A stretch of DNA of 64,000 nt from Macrostomum lignano (GCA_002269645.1 NIVC01000001.1:1860001-1924000), one strand, 5' to 3'; positions 1 through 12,960 are shown, counted from the first letter of the stretch. A program made the numbers and translations. Notes: a model not told the origin generated them from the sequence alone.

Positions 1-2
1 AC

Positions 3-3000
3 CTGGCTGTACCAGGGCAGCGGCAGCGCGGCCTGCAAGTCGCCGCTCTGACAGGCAATCAGTACAATATGAGACAGCGAGCCGCAGCGGGCAAATTCTC
101 GAGCCAAAGCCAACGACAGGCCGCCATTGACGCTGTGCGTTTGCACCTGCTGTCGCTCGTAGTGCAGACCGCTGTGCACGGTTAGAAATTCGTCGTTTAA
201 ACTCAGCACGTATGGCGAGGCGCAGGCCAAGGCCAGGGTGTTGGAGTCCAGCTGCAGAGGCGGCCGGCGAGAGCTGCCGTCTTTGGCGCTGACAAATATT
301 CCCAGATTGTTCATGCCGGTCACTAGGAATTCGCCCTGCGCGGAGTGAACATTTTCTCATCAGTACTACTGTAAGTAGGGTGAATAAAACTCAGGATATT
401 TTCTAGTCAATTTTTGTGCCTAATGTGCCACTTGTGGTGCTCAATGTAGGCATTAGCGCTTATTGTGGCGCTCCATTACTGCTAGATATGGCGCTCATTG
501 TGGAGCTCCATTACCGCTAGATGTGGCGCTCCATTACCGCTAGATGTGGTGCTTATTGTGGAGCTCCATTACCGCTAGATGTGGCGCTTATTGTGGAGCT
601 CCATTACCTCTAGATGTGGCGCTTATTGTGGAGCTCCATTACCGCTAGATGTGGCACTTATTGTGGAGCTCCATTACCTCTAGATGTGGCGCTTATTGTG
701 GAGCTCCATTACCGCTAGATGTGGCGCTTATTGTGGAGCTCCATTAACGCTAGATATGGCGCTCCATTACCACGAGATGTGGTCCTTATTGTAACGCTTT
801 AGTTACCGCTTGGTTTGCGCAACGCCTTTTAAATTTGTTGCTCAATAAGCCCAGCTGAATATATACTAGTCTATGACATAATAGTGCCACGAAAAATGTA
901 CATAAAATAGTCTCGCAGTACGTCGCCTATCAAACATAAACGTACAGGACGGCACGAAGCCACCACCTGCTGCAGGAATTCAATGTCAAAAAATTACTAT
1001 TGGAGAAAATAAACTAAATATGCAGCTGATGCACGTCGCATTTGCCGAAGAGAGCAAAAACTGCTATTTATTTCTGGAGTTTGGAATACAATAATAACTA
1101 AGAATGGCTCAGACTTCACCTTTCATGAATAAAAGTTTGTCAACTTTTGGAATTGTTTCTCTTTTTCAATTATGTTTATGTCTTGATGCCGCTGTTTCGA
1201 ATACTCGTAAAATCTCTAAATTTCTGTTCGAAGCAGCCGATATGCAATTTTCGTTCACTAACAAAATCAATAAAAAATCAAAGCCCAGCAACTGAGGATC
1301 TGGGAGGCTGGCCTAGCAACTGCGGATCTGGGAGGCTGGCCTAGCAACTGCGGATCTGGGAGGCTGGCCTAGCAACTGAGGATCTGGGAGGCTGGCCCAG
1401 AAACTGAGGATCTGGGAGGCTGGCCCAGCAACTGCGGATCTGGGAGGCTGGCCCAGCAACTGAGGATCTGGGAGGCTGGCCCAGAAACTGAGGATCTGGG
1501 AGGCTGGCCTAGCAACTGCGGATCTGGGAGGCTGGCCTAGCAACTGCGGATCTGGGAGGCTGGCCTAGCAACTGAGGATCTGGGAGGCTGGCCCAGAAAC
1601 TGAGGATCTGGGAGGCTGGCCAAGCAACAGAGGATCTGGGAGGCTGGCCCAGAAACTGAGGATCTGGGAGGCTGGCCCAGCAACTGAGGATCTGGGAGGC
1701 TGGCCCAGAAACTGAGGATCTGGGAGGCTGGCCTAGCAACTGAGGATCTGGGAGGCTGGCCCAGAAACTGAGGATCTGGGAGGCTGGCCCAGCAACTGAG
1801 GATCTGGGAGGCTGGCCTAGCAACTGCGGATCTGGGAGGCTGGCCCAGCAACTGAGGATCTGGGAGGCTGGCCCAGCAACTGAGGATCTGGGAGGCTGGC
1901 CCAGCAACTGAGGATCTGGGAGGCTGGCCCAGAAACTGAGGATCTGGGAGGCTGGCCCAGCAACTGACACTCTGGGAGGCTGGCCACAAGACCAGATAGC
2001 AACACACACAAAGCAGTATAACTAAACCAACCTTCTCAACCAGCTCCACCAGCGGAGTCACCCGCTGTCCATCGTCAAGGGAGAACAGCTCCTGCTGCTG
2101 CTGGGTGCCGTCAGGAGCGCAATTCACAAGCAGGTAGCGGCTCCACAGGCCTACGCATAGCGCGTCACCGTCAACGCGCTGTTGCCATGGAAACGGAAAG
2201 TAAAGATGATCTTTAAATATCATTTCAGCATACGGCTCAAGCAGATACAAAGCAGGCATTTGCAGAGTTACAGTCAGCACTCACAAAACTCAGCGGCACT
2301 TCGGGCAGAGAAATTTCCCGAATCAGCTGCGGCTTTGAGTCGCCAAGTTGAAGCAGCACGATTGTCTTCTTTTTCGTGCCAATGTACAGCTGCGGGTTTA
2401 GCAGTATGAATGAAAGCGTTTGTAGTGATACGAAAAGACAAGGGATCAGCGATGCAACATCAGAAATAAGTTCAAAGTAGTGGTAAATTTCTGGATTGAT
2501 ATTTTAGAGTGACTAGAGTTCCGCGTGACAATAGTTCGGAGTGACTATATTTTAGAGTGCCTATGGTTTGGCGTGACAATGGTTCGGAGTGGCATGGCTC
2601 GGAGTGACATGACCCGGAGTGACAATAGTTCAGAGTGACAATGCTCGGTCGGAGTGGCAATAGTTCAGAGTGACAATGCTCGGTCGGAGTGACAAGAATT
2701 CGGAGTGGCAATAGTTCGGAGTGACAATGCTCGGTCGGAGTGACAAGAATTCGGAGTGGCAATAGTTCGGAGTGACAATGCTCGGTCGGAGTGACAAGAA
2801 TTCGGAGTGACAATAGTTCAGAGTGACAATGCTCGGTCGGAGTGACAAGAATTCGGAGTGGCAATAGTTCGGAGTGACAATGCTCGGTCGGAGTGACAAG
2901 AATTCGGAGTGGCAATAGTTCGGAGTGACAATGGTTAGTATTTGGAAAACAAAAGCTACCGTACAAAACCTAATGATTAAATGACAAGAATTACTGCTCA

Positions 3001-6000
3001 TAAACAATATAATATGCTTTACCTCTAAAGATTTTTCATACAGAGCATTGTGAACCTGGAAGCTGGTCACATTCTTCAGTTTAGTGGCATTATAAGAGAC
3101 CTCGAGGCTAGGTATAGATAGCACTTGAAGCAGATTGTCGCACAATACAACCAACTTTTTGTTGTCGCAAATTTCCAGCTGAACAATTGGCTTTTTCTGA
3201 AAGGCATGTCATTTAAAAGGAATATTCAGTTAATAGCAAATATAAATAATTATTAAATAGAAGTTATAATAAACACGCCTTACCAATCCAAGACTCTTTT
3301 GCTGAACAGGTCCAATAGAAAATTCTACACTGGTTCCAACCTCAATCAGCTCGAAGGTGAACAGGTAAATACAGGAGCTGTTTGTTCCCAATGCTAGCGA
3401 CTTGCGAAGCACATCCAATGCTGTCAGCTAAACAAATAATAAAAATAGAAATTGTAAATGCTAGTTTGTCATAAATCATATTTTGCATTTAAGTTAATAC
3501 AAATATCACCCAGACTTAATAAATAAAAACATTATCACCAAGAGCATCAGCATTTATTGCTTCTATACTAATCTTTTTTGTAAATAAAAAATCAAGTACA
3601 AGTTGTACATACGAGTATATTATATTAGTACTCTATTGAATAATTTTAATGCCTGGTGCAATATAGCTTTACTCTGTCTATAATTTAAATCTTTTCTCTT
3701 TTTGGCTTTGACTACTTTGCTTTATTTTACTTTATTTTTCATGCTTTGTTGTTTGTCACCTATCACTTAGCTAAATTGGCTAGGTTATCTAGATGTTATA
3801 AATTGTATAGCTAATTAGTTATTAGTTATTAATGTACTATACATCGGAGGTCAACAAACTCTTATTATCTAACAATGCCTGCAGACCAGATCTAGTTCAC
3901 AACACTTTCAAGTCTAGCTTGCAAATCAATATTGTGATGAAGCATTCAATTTTACAAGTAAAATTAGCTTTGATCCTATCATTCTTATATCAGTTTTTAA
4001 TTGTTGGTTCTATTTGGTCTAATTATCTAAAATTGTCATTAATAGCCACAATTTGTTGTATATTTTTCTAGCCTATTGCCTATTAGCTAGTTAGTTTTCC
4101 AATCCAGCCCACACTGAAAAAAGTTTTCTGACCCTTATTATACACTGTCATTACATAGCCTTTCATGGTGCTTCCCACATGGCAAAATGACTAAAAAAAT
4201 TGCCCAAGAAAATGGGTACTCATGTTGCAAACTAGAGTGCCTCAGCTATCTAAAACATATTTCAAAAGAATCACAAGTGCTTGGCTTGTCATGATATAGC
4301 CAATTTAACACTTCTACTATTTTAGGTGTCTTTAATACATTGTATAAATGTAGAACTTCAAGCATAATTGTTTATGAGACAAAGCATAGTCAATAATTTC
4401 AAAGTGAGGGACTAGTTGAACTCAACTCACTGCCTCAAATTAAGCAATGAATGATATCACAACTATTGAGCAGTATGTCCTTCCAAACTATTCATCTGTG
4501 TGGCATCTTCTGCCAATTGGAGTCTGCAAGGGCTGCTATTAAATTATTTCTTCACTTGGAGGCCTAGCACCTTGTCCTTTGCCGCCCAGACTCAACTACA
4601 AGCAAATGTTAGCAGATCTAAGCAGCATTCCAATGATTCAAAGATCACAACCAAACTGCCTATGCAAGATCTACAGGATTGCCCGTAGCAACCTGCATAA
4701 AAATGCAGATCCACGTAGCATTTATGCAACTGGTATACTAAACTGTACCAGAGGCCAACTTTTGACTAGTGCAGATGCAGCCCAGGCTCCTGTGTGGTTC
4801 TGCTCTGGCTACCACTCGGCTATTGGCAAAAGCAAGCTGCATTGCTACAAATAAAACAACCTGGCTAGCAAATCTAAGCAGCTTGATCAGCCCTGGAACA
4901 GTGGAGCAAGTTCCTAGCACCACAGTTGCTGCCAAGCTATAGGTCACTGGGGCAAGCACTGTTGCTCTGAAGAGTGCAAGGAGGCAAGCCTCTAGCCATC
5001 ACTGTGGCCAACACAGCCTGCAGCACAAGATAGCTGGCTCCAACAATAGCAAACACGATGCTGCAGCTAAAAGTTGCATTAAATCTCAGCAACCAACAAA
5101 CTCTGAAAGTGGGCAGCATTCTGCGAAAAGGAGCTAGCTTATGGAAGGCTGTGCAGTTGAACTTGGATACAAGCCTTATTGTTAGAAGCTGGCATTTGAA
5201 GGACTTTTTTGTGAACAAGCTGCTTAAAGTTGGCAGCATAGTGGCTACTAAAAATGCTATAATCTGCAGCAATGTGCAAGGCTTGATTGAGAAGGTTGTT
5301 TCTGAGAGGGGCTACAGGGATGTCGACATAAAGATTGGTCTTGTTGGAGGTGGTGGATTTTTTTAAAATTTGTGCCAGCCTACTGCATCAAGATAAGAGC
5401 CAAGAAAGTCAGTCGACAAAGGACCAGAAGTTTGCTGGTTCTGGAGTGAAAAAGCTGTTGATTCTAGCAGCTTTGCCAGACATGAGCGAGTACTACAATA
5501 GTATCAAAGTTCTATTTTAGCATTTGAGCCTCAGAGGAATAACAGTAATTGCAGTGGCAGCCGACATGGAGGTTGTGAACCTCATTTGTGGCCTCTAGGC
5601 ATATGAATCTAGGCATTCATGTTGCTATTGCGAGGCTCCTATACCACTGAACACCTGTGGCCCAATGAGAACTGTTGGAAGAATATGGCAGATGGCCTTG
5701 GACTTTGCTAGCAGTGGCAAAGAGAGAAGCAGTGCAAAGGATTTCTACAACTGCATTGAGGCCCCTTTGCATCAGGCAGATGATGAAGCCAAGATTCTAT
5801 TTGTTCTGCCTCCACCAGAGCTGCATCTGATGCTTGGCATCACGAACCACATCTTTTGGTATGGGGCACTGACTGTGTATATCGGTGGGCATACAACGAT
5901 AGCATTGTGCAAATCAGATACCATGGTGGCAGCATAGAAGGAAACACCTGCCACACTGCTTCACAAATCTGCAGAGCTTCATGATTATCTGCTGCAAAAC

Positions 6001-7224
6001 CTGAAGCCTTACAGTTTCTGTTTGATGAGTTTAGATGCCGTTGTCAGTAGCTGCTTTATTCCCAGCTGTATGTTGATTTCTAGCAGCAAATTTTGCACTT
6101 TGCATTTTAAGACTATATTTGAGCTGCCTGGTCTGCCACTTTTCCCAAAAGTGCATATGCTACTACACTATGTCGGAACCTTCTACAGCATCACTAGTAA
6201 CACTCTAGGCATATTTAGCAAGTAAGCCTTTGAGAGTGTGTACTGCAATTTTGCCCAAACTTAGTAGAGATATGGTGTGCCCATGCAGCACAGCAAATTC
6301 CTAGATGCATTGCTTTTAGCTGTTGTTGCATACAATAGCTTTCACATTTGACAATTTTGCTTAGTTTCAAATTCTCTTTGTCTTTATTGAACAAACTATA
6401 CTAGGATAACTAGGATACATATATATATCAATGATATTCCTATATAGGGGCAGCGGTCAGCGGAGTCAAATATTTTAGGAGGGCACAGGGCAAGGAGGGC
6501 ATAGGTACCTAAGTTGCTAATTGGGGCCTGAAATAAGAAAAAGCACTAAAAATTGCCACATGGACTCATTTTCTAGGGGGCATATTCCCCAGTGCCGCAA
6601 GCTCTTATTGCCCTTGCTCCTACAACCAAAAATATATATATTTGAGATGTCCAACCTCTAACTTTCCATTAGATTCATAATTTTGCTGCCTGGGTTATAT
6701 CATATGTTGCCTTTTAACTCATCTTTAATATTAATAGGGATTTTAAAAACAAAACAAAGTTTGAATCAATTTGGAGATTATAATAGGAAAAAAATATCAA
6801 TATCATATAGTACCCCAATGGCAATGACTAGGCCCTAGTGATAGGATAAGAAAAGTTTTTAGTGCAATATTAGTTATTAGATTAGATTAGATATATTATA
6901 TATTATATATTAGAATGGATTAGATTCTTACATTTGGACTAAGCCAAAGGATAAACTATAAAATGAATGGCTTTTAATATGTTTTGTAAAACATTGATGA
7001 AAAATTATTCATTTTTACATTGTTTTCTTTATGGCTAGACTTAGGCATTTCATCTGGATACTTTAGAGGTAGGGCTAGGCCAAAATACTTGTTTAATTTT
7101 TTTAAATATAGCTTCTAAAGATAACTACTGGCAAATTGATGCATCATTATATCAATGACATACAAACCTTGTCAGGTGAAGGAATAAGATTGTCAGAGAA
7201 GAACAAGAATTCATATGCATTCAT
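3..7224 (-). CDS. TGFBRAP1: TGF-beta receptor-associated protein 1 / Vps3-Vps39 family (CORVET subunit), N-terminal CNH domain; 5' six exons, gene continues past the left edge
   Basis: Minus-strand exons 7224-7168 (MNAYEFLFFSDNLIPSPDK, tentative), 3427-3284 (LTALDVLRKSLALGTNSSCIYLF...SLGL), 3196-3023 (KKPIVQLEICDNKKLVVLCDNLL...), 2389-2285 (LYIGTKKKTIVLL...IREISLPEVPLSF), 2178-2032 (RVDGDALCVGLWSRYLLVN...ELF...LVEK), 335-3 (GEFLVTGMNNLGIFV...PYVLSLNDEFLTVHS...PLPWYSQ). All junctions are phase-0 GT-AG. Motifs match my recollection of TGFBRAP1 (LLVLCDN, VDGHFLCLAL, EFLLAGPGGLGMF, PYVIALDDEFITVHS). The first exon and the last donor (at the window edge) are the least certain. Confidence 0.88.
470..785. 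repeat. 35-nt minisatellite (GTGGCGCTTATTGTGGAGCTCCATTACCGCTAGAT) in TGFBRAP1 intron
   Basis: Period 35 read directly (TAGAT at 541 and 576). Confidence 0.9.
1283..1990. repeat. 28-nt minisatellite (TGAGGATCTGGGAGGCTGGCCCAGCAAC) in TGFBRAP1 intron
   Basis: Period 28, about 25 copies; source of the spurious QPPRSSVAGPASQILS ORFs. Confidence 0.95.
2500..2935. repeat. 51-nt higher-order minisatellite built from CGGAGTGACAA-core subunits, in TGFBRAP1 intron
   Basis: CGGAGTGGC at 2701 and 2752; each unit has three related subunits. Confidence 0.9.
4112..6864 (+). mobile_element. Degenerate Chapaev/Transib-like (RAG1-related DDE) DNA transposon inside TGFBRAP1 intron 1, opposite strand
   Basis: Interrupted reading: LPNYSS..LPIGVCKGC* and CLCKIYRIAR (about 4465-4690); DIKIGLVGGGGFF with frameshift to KICASL (about 5320-5390); GVKKLLILAALPDMSEYY; AADMEVVNLICGL*AYESRHSCCYCE; LRTVG-like segment; PPPELHLMLG (about 5810); PKVHMLLHYV and GIFSK*AFESV (about 6145-6240). 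Possible degenerate TIRs CACTGAAAAAAGTTTTCT (4112) and reverse complement CACTAAAAACTTTTCT (6864). No TSD found, so the ends are tentative. Confidence 0.7.
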
Positions 7225-8169
7225 TTCGTCGATTGTTTCTTCTTAGCTATTCCTATAGCCCAAGTTTTAGGTTAGGCTTACTCTTATCTGGTAAAATTAA
7301 TTCTAGGCCTTTGGATATGTTAATAGGCCTACGGAATTAGCGTAACTGCTGAAGACTGAGGCGGATACGACCTACAACGCGGCGACGCCAAATAATGATC
7401 GTTTAAAATTTGCTTTATTAGGATCTTCTCTAGTAGACAAGACAAATTATGTTTCTAGATGGAAACAAAAACTTTTGTTATTTTCGTACGCTGCAAGCCT
7501 GCAATACTTTATACAATCGTGAGTTGTGACAAACGGCTGTGCTGTGGTCCTGTGGTGTATCGTCGGGTGCGACGACCGCGTATATGGAATATTTCATAGC
7601 TAATTTTTTATTTCTGCGAAACGATTTTTTGTGTTAGTAGCGGCATGTCAACTGTATTTATAACAGCATTATATATTATTCCAATGGTGTATTCTGGTTT
7701 CATTACTTTTTAAGGAATCTTACATTAAAATATTAAAAACTATTCCTCTGAGCAATTTTTTTAGAAAATATCACTAACAGTGCAAGATAAACGATGCTGA
7801 AGTGTACAGTCACCTCCCACATACAAGTGTGGTAACTTGAGGCTGAAGTAAGTTAAGTCAAATTAACTTCAGTTATAGTCCTCGCTCGCTACAACGCTAC
7901 AGTGATCTATGTGTAGCTAATGCATGTGCAGTTCGATGCCGTAGTAATGAAGATTTCCATCGCATACATGCTATAACCCGCGGTTCTATGCTAGTTCTTC
8001 GGTTCTAAGTGGAATATAAATGCATGCATGCACATGCACTTCCGTTAATTATCAAAAAGTCTCGAACTCTAACCTGCTGTACGTTTCCTATAACCTAAAT
8101 GGTCATTGTAGTAAATTCATCGATTAATATTTATAACACACAACAAGCGGTTACATGTACATCATGCAG

Positions 8170-8310
8170 TAGTAGTGCTAATCTGGAGGGAGCAGTGCTA
8201 ATCTGGAGGGAGCAGTGCTAATCTGGAGGGAGTAGTGCTAATCTGGAGGGAGTAGTGCTAATCTGGAGGGAGCAGTGCTAATCTGGAGGGAGTGTTGCTA
8301 ATCTGGAGGA
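8170..8310. repeat. 20-nt minisatellite (AGTAGTGCTAATCTGGAGGG)
   Basis: About 7 tandem copies, period 20. Confidence 0.9.
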
Positions 8311-8329
8311 TATATGCAGAATATTATAC

Positions 8330-8366
8330 CAAGGACTTCTAGACTAGACTAGTCTAGAAGTCCTTG
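8330..8366. repeat. Perfect 37-bp palindrome CAAGGACTTCTAGACTAG-A-CTAGTCTAGAAGTCCTTG
   Basis: 18-bp arms are exact reverse complements with a 1-nt spacer. Confidence 0.9.
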
Positions 8367-9117
8367 TATTACACATGTAGTTGTAAAAAGCTAAGTGGGC
8401 TTTTTTCATGCAACCTATAATTAAAGCCCATCCATCTATCTGTGTGTACAACAAGCAATTGCAATGTGTCGCAATCATTTACTGATGGCAGGTAGGCCTA
8501 AGCGAATTTATAAAAGCAAATTTCTCCATTTAATTATGGCTAACCTCAATCTCGTGGAGCCGACTCATACACTGTACATGTATATATTAGTAGTAATTTT
8601 CTTCTAACAGCTAAGACTTATGTACATCTACATGTACATGCATGAAATTCGGGAAAATGCAACTGCAGCGATTATTTGATATGCTATAAAATGCAAAGAC
8701 TTTGGTAAAGATGTTAATTAACTTGACAGTACTCGAATTTTTTATCTCTCGAATGTAAAAATATTGTCCCATGCATCTTCCACAATTGGTTATTGTCGAA
8801 TGCAACAGCAGCTGGAACGCATGGTTTTTTTGAAAGGCATGCCCCGAATTATCACAATGGCAGTTCACGACAGGTGTTGTATGAGCGAATTCTATACTAG
8901 TAGAGACGGCGCATGACATGACTCGGCGTAAATTTTCTTCCCAATCTGCTTAATTGTCCCTCTGCATGCGTCATTCATCTCAACCAATGATCGAGCAGTG
9001 GCCATGGCATACATGTACATGCAGCAGTTAATCATAAAAGACTGATAACGGCTGCATAAGTCTGACATTTCACAGACCACGGATCAGTTCAATTCAACGC
9101 ACAGGAATCAATCAAAA

Positions 9118-10586
9118 ATGTCCAACGAATTTACTCAATCCGACCGCAACAAGTCAGAGGCTGTCGATTTTCTTGATGAAGACTTAACGCAGTACTTTGG
9201 AGCTCCTCTGCTGATTGGATCCGGCGTTGCCATGGTGATCCTGGCAGTCTGTCAATATCTGCTACGACGTCGACAATTTAACGTTTTGACGTCGGCGCCG
9301 TACAATCTCGGCTGCCTGCTGCTCGTGCGCTGGAGCTGCGCGATCGATCTGGCCAATCTGGCCTGCCGAGCGGCGCTGATCCTTGCCGATTTGGCCATTT
9401 TCAGCCAGCCGACGGCCGAGCAGCAACAGGACAATGCCGAGACTGGCTGGTCAGCGGCGGCTTGGCTGTGCAAGCTGCGTCAGCTGAGCGAAAGCTGCAT
9501 CAACACTGCTCAGGTTTGTTGCAGCACCTTTGTACTGCTTTGCCCTTTGCTAGTCTTTGATTCAATGCTTTAAAACTGATTTTGATGAGATTAGATCAGA
9601 TTAGCTGCGGAAAGGGATCTTTCTGGGCCCCGAGCAGCGGAATGGGCAGTGCAGGCCTTCCAAATGCTTGGACTTCCGAGATCAAATACGCAGGATACAT
9701 ACGGAGGTACGCATTCATCTAGTGTGTACAGCAGGTTAGGATAGTACGAGCTATATGTACGGGACTATTAATCGACCTTCCTTAACTCTTTCAAACCCCT
9801 TTTCTGCCTTAACAACCAAGGTGTGGATTCTAACAGCTTTCGCGGCCGAGCGCGCCGCCACCCTGGCGCCCAATGCCATCACCTGGCGCCGGCGCTTCAG
9901 CCCGCGCAACATCCGCATGGCGGCCTACGCGTCTGCAGCCGTTGCCGGGGCGGCCTATCTCAATCTGCTCTGGGTGTACCACGTCAGCAGAGTCCAGCCA
10001 GCCGGGCATCTCGTCCTTCCACTCCATCTATAAATTGGCTGTGTACCTGGATTTGCTACTGAATGCGTACCTGCCAGGCGCCACTTGCGGTCTCTGCATC
10101 GCCTACAGCATGTGGCGCCTCGCCTTCCAAGGCTGCCGGCTGCCGAATCTGCCGCTGCCCGCGCCGGTCGGTGATGTCTTTGCCAGTCGGCGACTTGCGC
10201 GTCGACTGGACGCCTGGGCCACGCCGGTGCACCTGTGCTTAGTGGCGATCTGCTATCCACCACTGGCGCTTGCCGGGCTGGTCAAGACTCAGTCTGTGTT
10301 GGCGAGGACTCCCGTGTCACCACAGCAGAATTATCTACTGAGCTTCCTGCTCATACCGCTGAGAATTGTGCTCAGCTCGCTGGTTTTTGCCAGCTATGTT
10401 GCAGCTTAAATCTTTGCCGATGGAGTTGTGAATAATTGTTTTCGTTGGCAGAGGCGTCAGGAGGAGCCGCTGGAGATGCTGGAGATGCAGCAGATGCAAG
10501 TGGCTCAGCCGAAATCAGATGTCAGTGGTGATGATCGGCTGGTTGCTGAAGTTTCTGATGCTACGGCGGAGATTCATGAGATCTGA
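9118..10586 (+). pseudogene. Class A (rhodopsin-like) 7TM GPCR, probably pseudogenised (frameshift plus premature TAA)
   Basis: Exon 1 9118-9513 (TM1-TM3 start; CAG|GTTTGT), exon 2 from 9821 (VWILTAFAAERAATL, DRY-like ER motif, then TM4). TM5-7 (YLDLLLNAYLP, HLCLVAICYPP, FLLIPLRIVLSSLVF) lie in the +1 frame from about 9985-10030. In-frame TAA at 10407-10409 is followed by 58 more sense codons (IFADGVVNNCFRWQRRQEE...EI, stop 10584-10586). Confidence 0.7.
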
Positions 10587-10714
10587 GAGGATGACCTTCA
10601 CTGCATATTGGAGTGGATACTTCAACTCTGCGAGGCTGACACTAAAGATTTAGGAGAGCCTGTGTTATTTAAGTCTGATCAAGTTTGTCAAGCTTTTAAG
10701 TTTTTCAATTCGAG

Positions 10715-11120
10715 GAGTGACAATTCTATGAAGTTTGGAGTGACTTCTATGATCTGTGGAGTGACAATTCTATGACCTGTGGAGTGACAATTCTATGACG
10801 TTTGGAGTGGCTTCTATGATCTGTGTAGTGACTTCTATGACGTGTGGAGTGACTTCTATAACCTGTGGAGTGACTTCTATGACCTGTCAAGTGACAATTC
10901 TATGACCTGTCAAGTGACAATTCTATGACCTGTGGAGTGACAATTCTATGACGTTTGGAGTGGCTTCTATGATCTGTGTAGTGACTTCTATGACGTGTGG
11001 AGTGACTTCTATAACCTGTGGAGTGACTTCTATGATCTGTGGAGTGACTTCTATGATCTGTGGAATGACTTCTGTGATCCGAAGAGTGACTCTTATGATC
11101 AGAGGAGTGACTTCTAGGAT
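10715..11120. repeat. 21-23-nt minisatellite (GGAGTGAC(AA)TTCTATGACCTGT)
   Basis: Tandem units read directly; shares the GGAGTGACAA core with the 2500-2935 array. Confidence 0.9.
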
Positions 11121-12004
11121 CTGCGAGCAGAGTCTACTGTAGGTTAGGTAGGCTTTTACACAAATATATTTGGAAAGTAAAAGCTAAAGTGCTATAGTGA
11201 ATCTTGGTCTTTTGTAAAATGTCAAACGATATGCGTTACTAGCGCCCAGTAAAAAAATCAGTCGTAACTATCAAGTCGTCAGTCGTTCTCATCTGATATA
11301 ATTCCACTTTTTTAATGTTTGCCCGCCTAGCTCGTGTATTATTGATTTCAGCGAAGAATTAAAATGCATCGTAGCTTGCTGAAATGTATTCCTTCGCAAT
11401 GTCCCATGCAGTTGCCGCCGTCTTTAAATCAAATATTTTTCTCTGTTCGTTGCAAAAACAGAAATTCATGAATTCGGTTGTTATTTTCAGAATTTTTAGA
11501 TTTGTTTTTAGATTTAGATTTGACGCACAGACGTTCGACTCTCGCCATCTGTCGGCATAATGCGAAAGTCTAGGAATGTCGAGTACTTTTGCGAACATCA
11601 TAATGATGCACAGGATTCGTTCATTCTGTAACATTTTTGGTTTAAATTTCGCTACATAGCTTTTTGATCTGTGCTTTTCACATGTACAGCTTGAATTGTT
11701 GCTATAGAAACCACGCGATGTTTTAATACTCGGCTGATATTGACACCAACTCAAGGCCAGTTCAATGGCCAGTCAGAAGTTAAAGACGGAAACCTTAAGG
11801 GCCTACAGATTTTCAAGAAGCTCGACATGAGGGCGGCAAGCACAAATTAGCTAATTGAAAATAGAAGCATGCGGGCTGCGGGTCACCTGACACTTCCTGG
11901 GAGCGAAAGAAGCATGTTGGCAAAATTGATCTTGCGATCACCAAATTAACGCCTCCTGTAGTTGTCTAACATTTTTTATAAACAACTCCAAACGCCGGCA
12001 CTAT

Positions 12005-12960
12005 CTGATACCCGCCTTCAAGACTGCTGTCTTCCTCACAAGCAGACTCTTTGAGACCCGCCTTCAAGACTGCTGTCTTCCTCACAAGCAGACTCTTTCA
12101 GACCCACCTTCAAGACTGCTGTCTTCCTCACAAGCAGACTCTTTGAGACCCGCCTTCAAGACTGCTGTCTTCATCACAGGCAGACTCTTTGAGACCCGCC
12201 TTCAAGACTGCTGTCTTCCTCACAGGCAGACTCTTTCAGACCCGCCTTCAATACTGTGTTGTCCTCACAAGCAGACTCTTTGAGACCCGCCTTCAAGACT
12301 GTGTTGTCCTCACAAGCAGACTCTTTGAGACCCGCCTTCAAGACCGCTGTCTTCATCACAGGCAGACTCTTTCAGATCCGCCTTCAAGACTGCTGTCTTC
12401 CTCACAAGCAGACTCTTTCAGATCCGCCTTCAAGACTGTCTTCCTCACAAGCAGACTCTTTCAGACCCGCCTTCAAGACTGCTGTCTTCCTCACAAGCAG
12501 ACTCTTTCAGACCCGCCTTCAAGACTGCTGTCTTCCTCACAAGCAGACTCTTTCAGATCCGCCTTCAAGACTGCTGTCTTCCTCACAAGCAGACTCTTTC
12601 AGATCCGCCTTCAAGACTGCTGTCTTCCTCACAAGCAGACTCTTTCAGATCCGCCTTCAAGACTGCTGTCTTCCTCACAAGCAGACTCTTTCAGATCCGC
12701 ATTCAAGACTGCTGTCTTCCTCACAAGCAGACTCTTTCAGATCCGCCTTCAAGACTGCTGTCTTCCTCACAAGCAGACTCTTTCAGATCCGCCTTCAAGA
12801 CTGTGTACTCTTCACAAGAACACTCTTTAAGACCCCGCTTTCAAGACTGTGTCTTCATCATATGCACACTCCACGCTTTGAGCCCTTATTAAAGGACCGA
12901 GTCATCACTCTTAATCACAAGCGCAATCTTTGAGCTCCGCTTTCAGGGGCCGTACTCATA
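12005..12960. repeat. 46-nt minisatellite (CCCGCCTTCAAGACTGCTGTCTTCCTCACAAGCAGACTCTTTCAGA)
   Basis: Period 46 (CCCG at 12011 and 12057), about 20 copies, degenerate at the right end. Confidence 0.95.

Noticed and set aside
11359-11754. 131-aa minus-strand ORF between arrays
   Set aside because: No recognisable motifs, AT-rich codon use and no clear splice context.
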